Sequence record: PV158447.1
Length of the DNA: 64,000 nucleotides
Direction: 5' to 3' (one strand)
The translations under genes were made by a program, and so were the position numbers. This document shows positions 1-9,681 of this stretch, in pieces; positions within the stretch are counted from its first letter, which is position 1; the number at the start of each line of letters is the position of its first letter. The notes under the pieces were generated by a model. It searched no databases. It was not told the DNA's origin and was given only the letters and a program-made list of their open reading frames with translations.

Positions 1-69
1 TTTGAACAAGGCAAGTTCCCAGGTGAAATCACCCTTGTTGACGAATGTTGGAATAAGTGTAAAAACTAA
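1..69 (+). CDS. 3' end of a CDS entering from the left edge (FEQGKFPGEITLVDECWNKCKN*)
   Basis: Frame 1 is open from base 1 to TAA at 67-69. Confidence 0.5.
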   Translation, partial: FEQGKFPGEITLVDECWNKCKN

Positions 70-83
70 ATACATTTAAGATC

Positions 84-107
84 CATAATTTTTCAGACCT
101 ATATTAC
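84..107 (+). promoter_or_regulatory. Early (virion RNAP-type) promoter CATAA-TTTTTCA-N4-TATATTAC
   Basis: TATATTAC at 100-107 matches the phiKZ early promoter consensus; near-identical copy at 63044-63067; upstream of the RBS and ATG at 158. Confidence 0.75.
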
Positions 108-157
108 TAAAGTGTATAAGCTATAAGCATTTAACACTTATTTAGGGAGAAAGATTT

Positions 158-646
158 ATGTGTGATACCAACAAAAATCCGGCAGACATTTTCTTTGTAA
201 ATTTGGCCGCCATCACTGGCGCTGGTTCCTTGGTTAAGTTGAACCTGACCAACGACCTGGAAATGGAACGACGGTTCGATTTGGTAGAGCGTCGAAACCG
301 TAAACTGGATACCTACGCCGCTGCCGTAATGGTGTATTTCCACGACGTCCTTGGGTCGAAAGGATTCGATAAATCTCATCCCGATAAAGAGCGCACTCTC
401 ATCGGTATCGCAGATGTTCTGACAACAGCCTGGGTGCTCTTTGACTCAGGCCGAATTTTACCCGGCGATGACGTTCCTTACAAGAGTATTGAATCTCTTT
501 CAAAGTGGCTGGACTCTAAGTTGAAAGAAGTCTTTTCTTTTGGCCTGGATACTGCCCTTCGTCCTACCGCAGAATCGTTGAAGTACATTCTGAAAGATTT
601 TGAACGTATCAGTAACGTTTCTGATGTTATCTCCGGTCACAATTAA
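158..646 (+). CDS. Hypothetical early protein, 162 aa
   Basis: ORF with GGGAG RBS directly after the early promoter. Confidence 0.8.
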   Translation: MCDTNKNPADIFFVNLAAITGAGSLVKLNLTNDLEMERRFDLVERRNRKLDTYAAAVMVYFHDVLGSKGFDKSHPDKERTLIGIADVLTTAWVLFDSGRILPGDDVPYKSIESLSKWLDSKLKEVFSFGLDTALRPTAESLKYILKDFERISNVSDVISGHN

Positions 647-658
647 TAAGGATAACCA

Positions 659-778
659 ATGTCTATTTCCGTAGCATTTTTCGGCTCTATGGCTGTGTTG
701 GCAATCGGTACTGTTGTCGTGCATTTCTGTAAAGACATGTTCGGTAACCGACCCATGGCTACTCGCAACAAACGTTAA
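659..778 (+). CDS. Small membrane peptide, 39 aa (MSISVAFFGSMAVLAIGTVVVHFCKDMFGNRPMATRNKR)
   Basis: Not in the ORF track; AAGGA RBS, ATG 659, TAA 776-778, one hydrophobic segment and a basic tail; terminator follows. Confidence 0.7.
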   Translation: MSISVAFFGSMAVLAIGTVVVHFCKDMFGNRPMATRNKR

Positions 779-783
779 ACTTC

Positions 784-814
784 AACCCTCTACCTTCGGG
801 TAGAGGGTTTCTTA
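784..814 (+). terminator. Rho-independent terminator
   Basis: aaccctctacc-ttcg-ggtagagggtt stem-loop followed by T-rich tract. Confidence 0.85.
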
Positions 815-850
815 TTCTCATTTATTTTTTTTTATTCCCAGGAGGAAAGC

Positions 851-1246
851 ATGGCGGGGATTGTAGGAACAATGAGCACACTAGGTTGGGTCGATGAACC
901 TACCGTTATGATCGACAAACTGTTTTCTTATTGGATAGCCAATCGTCGAGATCAATGTATCATCTTGACTAACATTCAAAGTTTTGATTTTGTCATTGGT
1001 TCTCATCAAGGTGACACTGTTATTGATAAGTTCTTGGATGATGCAGAAGAGAGTTTCAGAAGTATGCTCTTGGAATGTTTCGACAATGTTCAAGTTTCTG
1101 TTATGTCACCAGACCACGAACAGGCTAAGAAGAATTTCACCTTGGCTATTTCTGGAACGGTGCATAAAGACGGTATTGGGTATGATCTGGCAAGATCTGT
1201 CATATTGAACGGTAAAACGTTCGAACTTATTCAACAAGGAGAATAA
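851..1246 (+). CDS. Hypothetical protein, 131 aa (probably conserved in phiKZ-like phages)
   Basis: GGAGG RBS; first gene of a tightly packed operon. Confidence 0.8.
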   Translation: MAGIVGTMSTLGWVDEPTVMIDKLFSYWIANRRDQCIILTNIQSFDFVIGSHQGDTVIDKFLDDAEESFRSMLLECFDNVQVSVMSPDHEQAKKNFTLAISGTVHKDGIGYDLARSVILNGKTFELIQQGE

Positions 1247-1248
1247 AG

Positions 1249-2076
1249 ATGTCCAATGATATCGTAAGAGAATTTCAAGAAGGTGGTAACGATCCTGACC
1301 AACACGGGAAGTTTATTGATTTCGTAACTGGTGCGTTTAAATACGTCAAGATCGGGGACCATGAGATCATTCAAACCCCTGATGGTGCGCTTGTCGAACA
1401 CGTGTTAATGGAAGAAGCGTATTTTGTCGAAAATTGGTTGACCCAGTTTGCTATTGCACGGGTAAATGGTAAAAACTATTTTGACCTGGCTGGTTGGTCT
1501 GAACTCACCGAAGGGTTTACTAAAGGGGTGATCATTCTTAATGAAAATAAAGAGCTGGTCTTTATCATTCGTAAATTCACCGACATGTCCCTGAACTACC
1601 ACGCCAAGGATTACATGAATCGCGCTTGTCGGGCTGGAACACAAGCTCACTCAGTTCCAGATGAACAATCCCGCGACGAGATCATCACTAAGCTGAGCAC
1701 TAACGTTAAGGGTCTCCTTAAAGACCACGTTAACGACGACACTTCCATTACAGCAATGATTCCCAAACAGTATTACATTGATAAAGGAATCTCGGTTGAT
1801 ACTCTCCAACAATTGATCTACATCCGTGATAACTTTGAATATGCTGGCAGTCCGATTGATCCTGAAGGTGATATCATGAAACGTCTGGAGAAGGTTCTCC
1901 GGAAATGGAACACCGAGTATATCGTCGAAGAACAGGACAAAAAGTTTGTTATCGAGATCACTCAAGGGACCTTTAATTTTAACAAACCCAGTCATTTGGT
2001 AGAAGAAGAATCCAAACAACAACCTTCGAAACCTGTTACTCAGGAAGTAGATGACGAATTTGATCCACTCGGCTAA
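1249..2076 (+). CDS. Hypothetical protein, 275 aa, acidic C-terminus
   Basis: AGGAG RBS; 2 nt after the previous stop. Confidence 0.8.
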   Translation: MSNDIVREFQEGGNDPDQHGKFIDFVTGAFKYVKIGDHEIIQTPDGALVEHVLMEEAYFVENWLTQFAIARVNGKNYFDLAGWSELTEGFTKGVIILNENKELVFIIRKFTDMSLNYHAKDYMNRACRAGTQAHSVPDEQSRDEIITKLSTNVKGLLKDHVNDDTSITAMIPKQYYIDKGISVDTLQQLIYIRDNFEYAGSPIDPEGDIMKRLEKVLRKWNTEYIVEEQDKKFVIEITQGTFNFNKPSHLVEEESKQQPSKPVTQEVDDEFDPLG

Positions 2077-2106
2077 TTGACTTAGCGGGTGAAGAAAGGA
2101 ATAACT

Positions 2107-3243
2107 ATGAAATTGTTCAAAGCGTTGTGGAGTTCAGACCACCATAACCTTCACCCGCACACTCCTACTTCTCACATCCTTGCCAACATGGACAAGTTTT
2201 ATTATAAGGACAATGATCCTAAAGAGATCAGTCTTTCTGTCTTTGGTGGGGATTTCTTTCATACACTGGCCTCTGCCAACGATCCAGACATGATCGCTTG
2301 TCAACGTTGGAGCAAACGTTACAACCAAATTTGTCACGATAACAAAACGTACGCCATTTATCTTGAAGGGACATCTTCCCACGATTGGCGTCAACCAGAG
2401 CTCTTGGAGTTAACCAAACCCAAAGACTCTCCATACATCATGTATATCGATAAACTCTCTATTAAGTATTTTCCAGAGTTCGATATTCACGCCATGTTTG
2501 TCCCTGACAACTTCGGTAAGATCACTACTGATTTGATCTATGACATGGCAATTGAGGAACTGGCTAAACATAACTTGACCCAAGTTGACTTTATCTTCCT
2601 GCACGGTGGATTTAAGTTTCAGCTTCCCCCAGTGGCTGATAAGCACGGGAACTTGTACGATGAATACAAGTGGAGTAAGTTAGCAAAACACGCTATCTTC
2701 TCAGGCCATATTCATAAACCAGCTCAAAAACTGAATATCTATTGCTCAGGTTCTTTTGACAGAACAGCTTATGGAGAAATGCACGCTAAAGGTGCTTATC
2801 GTTTCCAGTTCAATAAAGAACAGTTCTCTGCCCAGTTCTATGAAAACACCAGAGCCCAGATTTATGATTACATGGATGTTGATCCAGAGATCACTACTAA
2901 AGAGTTGATTAAACGGATTAACAATTACCTCGGGAAGAATCCACCTAAGAACACACACCTCAAAATACGTAATGGTAACGCAGATGTGGTTGTTTCAGTG
3001 TTGGGTGAGTTTAAAGAGAGTTATCCGCAGTATCACTTCGATTCCGACAATGCAAAGAAAGATAACGTCGTTATCGATGAAACACTTTATGACCCCAAAA
3101 TGTATAAGGGCGTTCAATTAACCAAAGAGAACTTGGAAGAGAACCTGATTCGTCATATGAGTGCGACAATAGAGGGTAATGACGATATCAGTGAAGATCT
3201 CTTGAAACAATTACTCTCGGAGGCAATGAATGAGTGCGCTTAG
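2107..3243 (+). CDS. sbcD: SbcD/Mre11-like metallophosphoesterase nuclease (phiKZ gp65-like)
   Basis: Calcineurin-like motifs SDHH, GGDFF, GTSSHD, LHG, SGHIH; start moved to ATG 2107 after the AAAGGA RBS. Confidence 0.8.
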   Translation: MKLFKALWSSDHHNLHPHTPTSHILANMDKFYYKDNDPKEISLSVFGGDFFHTLASANDPDMIACQRWSKRYNQICHDNKTYAIYLEGTSSHDWRQPELLELTKPKDSPYIMYIDKLSIKYFPEFDIHAMFVPDNFGKITTDLIYDMAIEELAKHNLTQVDFIFLHGGFKFQLPPVADKHGNLYDEYKWSKLAKHAIFSGHIHKPAQKLNIYCSGSFDRTAYGEMHAKGAYRFQFNKEQFSAQFYENTRAQIYDYMDVDPEITTKELIKRINNYLGKNPPKNTHLKIRNGNADVVVSVLGEFKESYPQYHFDSDNAKKDNVVIDETLYDPKMYKGVQLTKENLEENLIRHMSATIEGNDDISEDLLKQLLSEAMNECA

Positions 3244-4042
3244 AACATTAGGGACGGTTCCAATTAGTGTTGGGACCGCACTGGCCGTAGAGGCTCTTCA
3301 GAACACCCCCATGCATCGTTATCAGACTTTCTTGATGAACGTACGCACTCTAGTAAGAAACGCAAGAGAAGCGTTTGAGGAGCTTCCTAGTGAAGCTGAT
3401 TTGACCCAGGCTGTCAAGGAAGACATTATTGGGATAATGGAATACATTATCAGTCTGAAACTGAAAACAGTGTTGGATGTCAAAATCTACTACCCAAGTT
3501 ATAATTCGTTAGCGAGAACATTTCCACTGGCCAAGTTAAAAGAGATGGATCCCAAGAAACTCTTTAAACCCGCTGACCAGAGGAGAAAAGAAATTCTCAT
3601 CTTAGATGATAAGGTGATTAAGAAAACTATCGAAGAGTTTAACAAGTACATCGTACAGGTTGATTGTTCGATTCCGCAGTTTGGTGGAGAAGGTTTAATT
3701 ATCACGCACCACCCTGTTGATTTCACAACCACAGAAAGTTACCACAGGCTCCATCTATTAGAGTCACACACTGGCACGATCAAGCATTACTCATTACTTC
3801 ACACCAAGTTAACTGGCGGGAAAGAAATGCCCAACATGCCACTTAACAAACTCACCATTCAGATTTTTGGTGACAATGCTGTGAACTTCTATTCCCAGAG
3901 TACAGCGGTGAAAAACGAAGTAAAAGAGTTGGCGGCATCAGTACCTTGGAGTTCTGCTTCTACGGTAAGTTTCGTCACATCCTCAATCAGAAAACTTCCT
4001 GGAACATCCCCAGCGAAACCTATCTTATTGAAGATGATTTAA
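3230..4042 (+). CDS. Hypothetical protein, 270 aa, possibly a degenerate PIN/FEN-like nuclease fold
   Basis: Overlaps the sbcD-like stop; fold guess from FLMNVRTLVRN and IITHHPVDF segments only. Confidence 0.6.
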   Translation: MSALRTLGTVPISVGTALAVEALQNTPMHRYQTFLMNVRTLVRNAREAFEELPSEADLTQAVKEDIIGIMEYIISLKLKTVLDVKIYYPSYNSLARTFPLAKLKEMDPKKLFKPADQRRKEILILDDKVIKKTIEEFNKYIVQVDCSIPQFGGEGLIITHHPVDFTTTESYHRLHLLESHTGTIKHYSLLHTKLTGGKEMPNMPLNKLTIQIFGDNAVNFYSQSTAVKNEVKELAASVPWSSASTVSFVTSSIRKLPGTSPAKPILLKMI

Positions 4043-4082
4043 CCAGTTCAATTTTAACTAATTCAAATTAAGGATTTTCAAC

Positions 4083-4841
4083 ATGTCTAACCAACAACAA
4101 TTCCAACGCCGCCCCGATACCATGTTCAACGATTTCCGTTACCCGATGCCCGCTTCTTCTGCCCCCGTAGAAGGCGCCAAATACCCAGCTCGTTGGACTT
4201 GGAGTTTCGGTCTGGATGGCAAGATCTATTTCAAAGTGAATGACGGGGTGTTCGGTAAAGATGATCGCAATGCCAAGCTGAAAGAAGTACATCTGTCGAA
4301 CATGGACCGTAACGCTTTGTTCAACCTGATGAAAGAAGCGATCAATGATCCTAACTTCACCCGTGGGATCTATTATGTCAAACAGATCACCTTCGGTAAT
4401 GGCGGGCGTCTGAATGATCATGCTTCTACTCTGGGTTCGTTTACCGTCATCCGTACCAAAGAAGGTGCAATCAACGTAGGTTACACTAAAGGTACCTACA
4501 AGGTGATGTTCGAATTCAAATCCCCGTACGAATCCATCATCATGGTTCAGAAAGATGGTGAAGCTGTCGAAGACAAAGGGTTGATGTCCCGTGTCTACGT
4601 AAAGGCTTTCATCGACTATAGCCAGAAGTTCTGCGATCAGTACGAGTGGGATAACTACAAACCTCGTGAACGTAGAGACGCCAATGGCGGCGGTAACGGC
4701 GGCGGTGGCAATAACTGGGGCGGCGGTAATGGCCGTGGTAACGGCGGCGGTGGCAATAACTGGGGCGGAAACAATAATGGCGGCGGTAATAATGGTCGTC
4801 AAGATTCTGCTCCCGATTTTGATGACGATATCGAATTTTAA
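4083..4841 (+). CDS. chmC: ChmC-like phage-nucleus RNA-binding protein (Whirly-type core plus Gly/Asn-rich tail)
   Basis: Directly upstream of gp68-like and PicA-like genes as in phiKZ/Goslar; beta-rich core and G/N low-complexity C-terminus as described for ChmC. Confidence 0.7.
   Translation: MSNQQQFQRRPDTMFNDFRYPMPASSAPVEGAKYPARWTWSFGLDGKIYFKVNDGVFGKDDRNAKLKEVHLSNMDRNALFNLMKEAINDPNFTRGIYYVKQITFGNGGRLNDHASTLGSFTVIRTKEGAINVGYTKGTYKVMFEFKSPYESIIMVQKDGEAVEDKGLMSRVYVKAFIDYSQKFCDQYEWDNYKPRERRDANGGGNGGGGNNWGGGNGRGNGGGGNNWGGNNNGGGNNGRQDSAPDFDDDIEF
4692..4768 (+). repeat. 32-nt direct repeat x2 (45-nt period) encoding GNGGGGNNWGG
   Basis: ggtaacggcggcggtggcaataactggggcgg at 4692-4723 and 4737-4768. 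Confidence 0.9.
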
Positions 4842-4846
4842 TTGAC

Positions 4847-4882
4847 AAGGTGAGGGCTTCGGCTCTCACCTTTAGCTTTTTT
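4847..4882 (+). terminator. Rho-independent terminator
   Basis: aaggtgagggc-ttcg-gctctcacctt followed by T tract. Confidence 0.85.
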
Positions 4883-4888
4883 GTCTTT

Positions 4889-4913
4889 CTATATATTTTC
4901 AGACAGATATTAT
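4889..4913 (+). promoter_or_regulatory. Variant early-type promoter TTTTCA-N4-GATATTAT
   Basis: Same spacing as the TATATTAC sites; upstream of the gp68-like gene. Confidence 0.6.
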
Positions 4914-4958
4914 TGTTATGTAAAGCTAAGAAAATTTATTAGGTGAGGAGACTTAGTA

Positions 4959-6545
4959 ATGATTTTCAGTACTTCTATGTCGGGAAAGAAAAAGATAGAT
5001 GCAGTCGTTGTGGAACACAATGGAGAGACCATTCGGTTCTCTGGTTCAGCGGGGGTCAATGGGGGGAATGCGGATGAGAACTTGTTTGAGTTTATGAACG
5101 AGTTCTTTGAAGGCTGTAACACCAGTAAACTGGATCAACTGTGGGAAGAGTTCAAAGCAGCTAAACGGATTCTGTCACCAGGATATTTTAACGAAGAAGA
5201 AACAGAAGAGACACTCAAGATCCGACAAGATGGTCTGAATTACGAGTTCCTCACTTCAGAACTTCAAGTGATCATCAAGCGGATGTACGGAATCATTCAC
5301 CCCACTGAAATCATGTACGCTGCTCAAGTAACTGGTCGTTGCGTGGCCCCGAAAGATTTGATGATCATGGCCTCCTTAGGAGATTATCCAGAAGAGACAA
5401 CGATCAACAATGAGAAGTACAGTGAGCTTTGTAAACTGGCATTTGTTGGACAGTTAAGCTATCCGATCTTCCACGAACTGCTTGATCAAATCTACAGTGT
5501 CACTGGGAAAGACTATCAGTACGCCGTGGCAGGTGGGATGCTGAACCACATCGGGTACTTCCAAGATCTGGAAGGTTGGAAAGTGATGGACACTTACGTC
5601 AGGGCGAGTTGTGCACGCCAAGAAGCGCGCCGTAACTCTCTGGAAGTGGTTTCCGAAACTCGCTATGTTAACCACATCGTTTTCCGTGGGCTGTTCAATA
5701 AACTCTGTCTTTCTTTTATCCCGAGTAAGATCAAGGATAAGAACCTGAGTAAAGAACTGAACAGTTTGGTGGAGGGTGAAATTCGTCGGGATCAGGCAAT
5801 TAAGTTCAACCCACTGGACAAATCCAAGCCAGGTGCGGAAGAACAATCTATTCCTGAATCATTCCGAATCGCCCAAGCAGTTAACGCTGCTGATGAACTA
5901 GCGCAATGTGAGTTCTTTACCTTTGGAATGTTTGATGAGAAAGATGAACCCCGGTATAAGGATTTCTTTAAGTATCAATGTTTAGCACTGGGGATCAACG
6001 ACCAACAAACTGCCGAACGGATATTTGATAGTCTTCCTACCATGTGGGATTTCCGATACACTGCAATCCATAACAAACTGCTGGGTTTGGTATTCCGTGA
6101 CAAGGTCAATTATTACCTGTATCCAGCAATGGATCGTCGACAGCTTATGGCAGCTATTTCATTGGCAGAACAGAAGTTGTTTGAAATGGGTTTCGAGCAC
6201 CTTGCCCCGCTCTGCGGTGTGGTTCGGAATCCGAACGGCCCGATCACGTACATGATCGACGAGTTTAAACTCAATACAGCTGAACGAGACGCTCTTTGCA
6301 AGCTTTGTTATGTCTACGACGGACAGAGTACTGCTAGCGTTGACAACTTGCTTGTAAAAGACGTACAATCGTTTTTAGACGAACTGGGAGGGTCATCTTG
6401 GGAGAGTAACATCGAGCCTGGTTTGTTGGGTAATGAAAACTACGTTAAAGCCATGAGCCCAGGTGACTTGTATCCAGTAGAACTTTCTGTGGAAATAAAG
6501 AAGGAACTCTTGGAACTGGTCACCATGATGAACACTGAACTTTAA
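4959..6545 (+). CDS. Non-virion RNAP specificity (sigma-like) subunit, phiKZ gp68-like
   Basis: 528 aa, size and position between ChmC-like and PicA-like genes; GAGGAG RBS; no diagnostic motif, call is by synteny. Confidence 0.7.
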   Translation: MIFSTSMSGKKKIDAVVVEHNGETIRFSGSAGVNGGNADENLFEFMNEFFEGCNTSKLDQLWEEFKAAKRILSPGYFNEEETEETLKIRQDGLNYEFLTSELQVIIKRMYGIIHPTEIMYAAQVTGRCVAPKDLMIMASLGDYPEETTINNEKYSELCKLAFVGQLSYPIFHELLDQIYSVTGKDYQYAVAGGMLNHIGYFQDLEGWKVMDTYVRASCARQEARRNSLEVVSETRYVNHIVFRGLFNKLCLSFIPSKIKDKNLSKELNSLVEGEIRRDQAIKFNPLDKSKPGAEEQSIPESFRIAQAVNAADELAQCEFFTFGMFDEKDEPRYKDFFKYQCLALGINDQQTAERIFDSLPTMWDFRYTAIHNKLLGLVFRDKVNYYLYPAMDRRQLMAAISLAEQKLFEMGFEHLAPLCGVVRNPNGPITYMIDEFKLNTAERDALCKLCYVYDGQSTASVDNLLVKDVQSFLDELGGSSWESNIEPGLLGNENYVKAMSPGDLYPVELSVEIKKELLELVTMMNTEL

Positions 6546-6564
6546 GTTATTTAGGAGATAAAGA

Positions 6565-8088
6565 ATGCAACTGATCAAAGCAACTGTCGGTCTGACCAAC
6601 TACTACGTAAACCAAGTTATCCGTTCTGCAACTGTCGATATCGGGTCCACTGTTACCGACCAACTGGTGGCCGATAACATGATGGGTGGAATCAGTCAAT
6701 CTACTATCATGCAAGCAGCCGCAATGTCTGGTTGTCTGAATGGTCAGGCGGAAGCATTCGCTGGGATCAATGGTGGATGGAACGAATCCAAAGGTCTGAT
6801 GAAACTGGACTTTATCGTGGTTGATAACGTGGTCCACGTGGAATATCTGCACGTTATCGGTTATATCATCAATAACCACCATGATACCGGTCTGACCGAA
6901 GACGCGGTCTTTATTCCACAGTTCTCTTGGAAGTCTACTGAGAACAACGTGGGGTCTGGTGATCTCGGAGTTCCAACAGCAATCCGTCGCTCTCTGAGTA
7001 ACCGGAATGACTACCTTCTGTCTGACGGTGTTTCTAACCAGGGCGCCTATTCACTTCGTCCTACCGACATCTTCGAAAGTGCAATGAACAAAGGGAGCCG
7101 TAAAGACATTGAAGAACGGATGGCAGAAGAGTTTGAAATGGGTGATCAACCGTTCACCCCAATGGTGATGTCTGCCGCTGCCGATATTGGGCGCGTGGGT
7201 GTGGTTGCATCCAACCGTTCTAACATGAACCCGACACTGTACGCACAACAGCTATTGAGTGGTTCCCTGAACTACAGTACCAGGATTAAAAGTTATGCTG
7301 GATCTGGTTACGGCGATCAGGAAACACAAGGTCTGAACGAAGGTCAGTTGGGGGAGTTGGCTAACTGCACCCATGCATCAGCCAACCGTGAACCGCAAAT
7401 CCTCCGGGATGAGTTCTTTGCTGACATGATGCAGGGCATGGGGAATGCTTATCTGCGTGGATTCCGTGGTTACACCATCATGGATATTCTTCGCATGTAC
7501 GAAAACTTCGAAGAGGTAGTCGACATGACCTTCTTTGATGCCGCTATGTATCCTCCTGCCGACACCACAATGACTGGTGAGAACATGGGGACGTCAAGCA
7601 CTGGTGAATTGGTTGCTCACCAAGTGATGTTCAACATTTCTGATCTCCTGAGTCGCCATGGACTGGCTGCTATCTCAATCGAAGGTTCTAACTGCGACGG
7701 AATGGTTAATGATGGGCAACTCGGTAACGTAGCACTTGTTCCCTTTAACCCGACTTCTCTGGAGAATGATGACTGGCAACTAGGCCAGAAAGCAGAACAA
7801 CTCACAGATGACCTTACTAACCAAATCTTCATGCGTTTGAACGGTGAGACTGGCCGGCACATCACTCCTGTCCGTATTCGTATCGATGCGGAATTGATGG
7901 GTTCTACTGTTATCAACTTGACAGTGGTGGATGATCGAAACATAACCATGGGCGCTGGGACTTATGAGAAAACCTGGACCTTCCCTACATTCGCTCTAAA
8001 CAGTGCAAGTTCCGTGGTGGGTGATAGTGAAACTTCTCTTCAGAAAGGCGCTAACCTGTACGACAATATCATGTCTTATTTCTCCTAA
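6565..8088 (+). CDS. picA: PicA/Imp1-like nuclear-shell protein import factor (phiKZ gp69-like)
   Basis: 507 aa, immediately after the gp68-like gene; call is by synteny. Confidence 0.65.
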   Translation: MQLIKATVGLTNYYVNQVIRSATVDIGSTVTDQLVADNMMGGISQSTIMQAAAMSGCLNGQAEAFAGINGGWNESKGLMKLDFIVVDNVVHVEYLHVIGYIINNHHDTGLTEDAVFIPQFSWKSTENNVGSGDLGVPTAIRRSLSNRNDYLLSDGVSNQGAYSLRPTDIFESAMNKGSRKDIEERMAEEFEMGDQPFTPMVMSAAADIGRVGVVASNRSNMNPTLYAQQLLSGSLNYSTRIKSYAGSGYGDQETQGLNEGQLGELANCTHASANREPQILRDEFFADMMQGMGNAYLRGFRGYTIMDILRMYENFEEVVDMTFFDAAMYPPADTTMTGENMGTSSTGELVAHQVMFNISDLLSRHGLAAISIEGSNCDGMVNDGQLGNVALVPFNPTSLENDDWQLGQKAEQLTDDLTNQIFMRLNGETGRHITPVRIRIDAELMGSTVINLTVVDDRNITMGAGTYEKTWTFPTFALNSASSVVGDSETSLQKGANLYDNIMSYFS

Positions 8089-8120
8089 TCAAAATACAAC
8101 TCTCAAAGGAATAAAAGAAA

Positions 8121-9608
8121 ATGAATGAACTGAATTTGATCTATGCTGCTATGCTCGCTTCCTGGAACACTTCTTTCACCGCTGACCATCAGTTGATCCT
8201 GAACATGGGTGGTGAACACCCACTCAAAGTGGACGACAAAGATGTCTATCTGGCTACATCAGATAACTTGAACGGCATCACCATAGGGAAGGTCTTCTTC
8301 CATCCGGCTTGTGAATCCATCATGTCCAAAGAGACCGAGATCTTCAAGGTCATTCGGAAACTCACTTGTGCCAAGATCTATTCCACCTTCCAACCGATCG
8401 CTCAGGTTCTGTTCGGTGTCGCCGGTAAAAAGTCTGGTAAAACCCTGACCGGTAAGATGCAGGCTCAACTGGCCCCGTTCAAGGAGTGTAGCAAAGAAGT
8501 TCGGAACGAAGTGCTGGAACTGATCAAGCAAGTTGGGATCCTGCTGGAAGGGAAATCGATCGATAACCGACTGATCCACTGGAACATGAACAAAGGTGGG
8601 AAGGACTCCGAAGACCGTCATGTGTACTACACCGCGACTCCGGCGTACCCATACTACAACGAACTGGTTCGTTTCTTGATGAAGAACGACACCGGTGCGG
8701 CTGATGCTCGTTTGAACTTCAACGGTCTGAACGTTTCCAAGCAAGCAATCCAGTTGATGATCCATCTGTTCGAACTGGTGTTCCCGTCCACAGTGGACGT
8801 GGAAGTGGCAAGTTGCCAAGTGACCTCTCCAGATGCAGCTCGTTTGACTGCTTACCTGAACTCGTACATTTTGGTAGCGAATGGTGTGAACAGTTTGATC
8901 GGTAAGTTCCGTAAGGATTTCGATTCCGTATCTATTTACGGCATTGATACTGCGTGGGCAAGTGATATCGAGCGTCTGGGTGAACTGAAAGGTCTGATCC
9001 CGACTCTGGATTATAACAATCACCAAATCACGAAGTCACCGGAACCTGGTAATGTTTCGATGAACGTTCAGTCCAGCAGTATTCTGAATGGGATTCTGAA
9101 CACTACCACTACCAATCACTACCAACAGACTCAGCAACACCAAAACGTCACTACCGCAGGTAACCCGCCGGTTCAGCCGCAACCCCGCAACAACGAAAAT
9201 TACCTGGGTTGTAAGTATCTGGAACACAGTGGGCTCTATGAGTTTACTTACCAGAACACCGCCGACGGCATGCTTCGGGTTGTGATCTATGGTGAAGATG
9301 GTCGTCTGATCTCTGAATCCACCCGTGCTCCTCAGCCCACGATCCAAAATGGGATGATGACTGCTGGAATGGGAATGTCTATGGACCCTGCGACTATGAT
9401 GCAGTTGGCTCTGGTTCAGGAACAACTCCGCCGAGGCATTACGCCTCTTGGAATGAGTGGTCAAGGTCAAATGGTAATTGATCCATATACCCGTCAGCCA
9501 GTGATGACCACTCCTCAACAGAACAATGGTGGGTGGGGGACACCTTCTGTAGCAAGCTCCACCCCGATGGGTGTGGCTGGGATGGACTTGAGTGTAAACG
9601 GTCTGTAA
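8121..9608 (+). CDS. phiKZ gp70-like hypothetical protein with Q/T/M/G-rich C-terminal region
   Basis: AAGGA RBS; position between PicA-like and nvRNAP beta genes. Confidence 0.7.
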   Translation: MNELNLIYAAMLASWNTSFTADHQLILNMGGEHPLKVDDKDVYLATSDNLNGITIGKVFFHPACESIMSKETEIFKVIRKLTCAKIYSTFQPIAQVLFGVAGKKSGKTLTGKMQAQLAPFKECSKEVRNEVLELIKQVGILLEGKSIDNRLIHWNMNKGGKDSEDRHVYYTATPAYPYYNELVRFLMKNDTGAADARLNFNGLNVSKQAIQLMIHLFELVFPSTVDVEVASCQVTSPDAARLTAYLNSYILVANGVNSLIGKFRKDFDSVSIYGIDTAWASDIERLGELKGLIPTLDYNNHQITKSPEPGNVSMNVQSSSILNGILNTTTTNHYQQTQQHQNVTTAGNPPVQPQPRNNENYLGCKYLEHSGLYEFTYQNTADGMLRVVIYGEDGRLISESTRAPQPTIQNGMMTAGMGMSMDPATMMQLALVQEQLRRGITPLGMSGQGQMVIDPYTRQPVMTTPQQNNGGWGTPSVASSTPMGVAGMDLSVNGL

Positions 9609-9624
9609 TAACATAATCAAATAG

Positions 9625-9660
9625 TCCAGAGGAACCCGATGTGGGTTCCTCTGGTTATTT
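9625..9660. terminator. Bidirectional terminator between convergent genes
   Basis: ccagaggaaccc-gatgt-gggttcctctgg flanked by A and T tracts. Confidence 0.85.
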
Positions 9661-9681
9661 ACTTTCATCTATTCTTTTTTT

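Noticed and set aside
4692-4768. CRISPR-like repeat
   Set aside because: Only two in-frame copies encoding a Gly/Asn peptide inside a CDS, with no spacers
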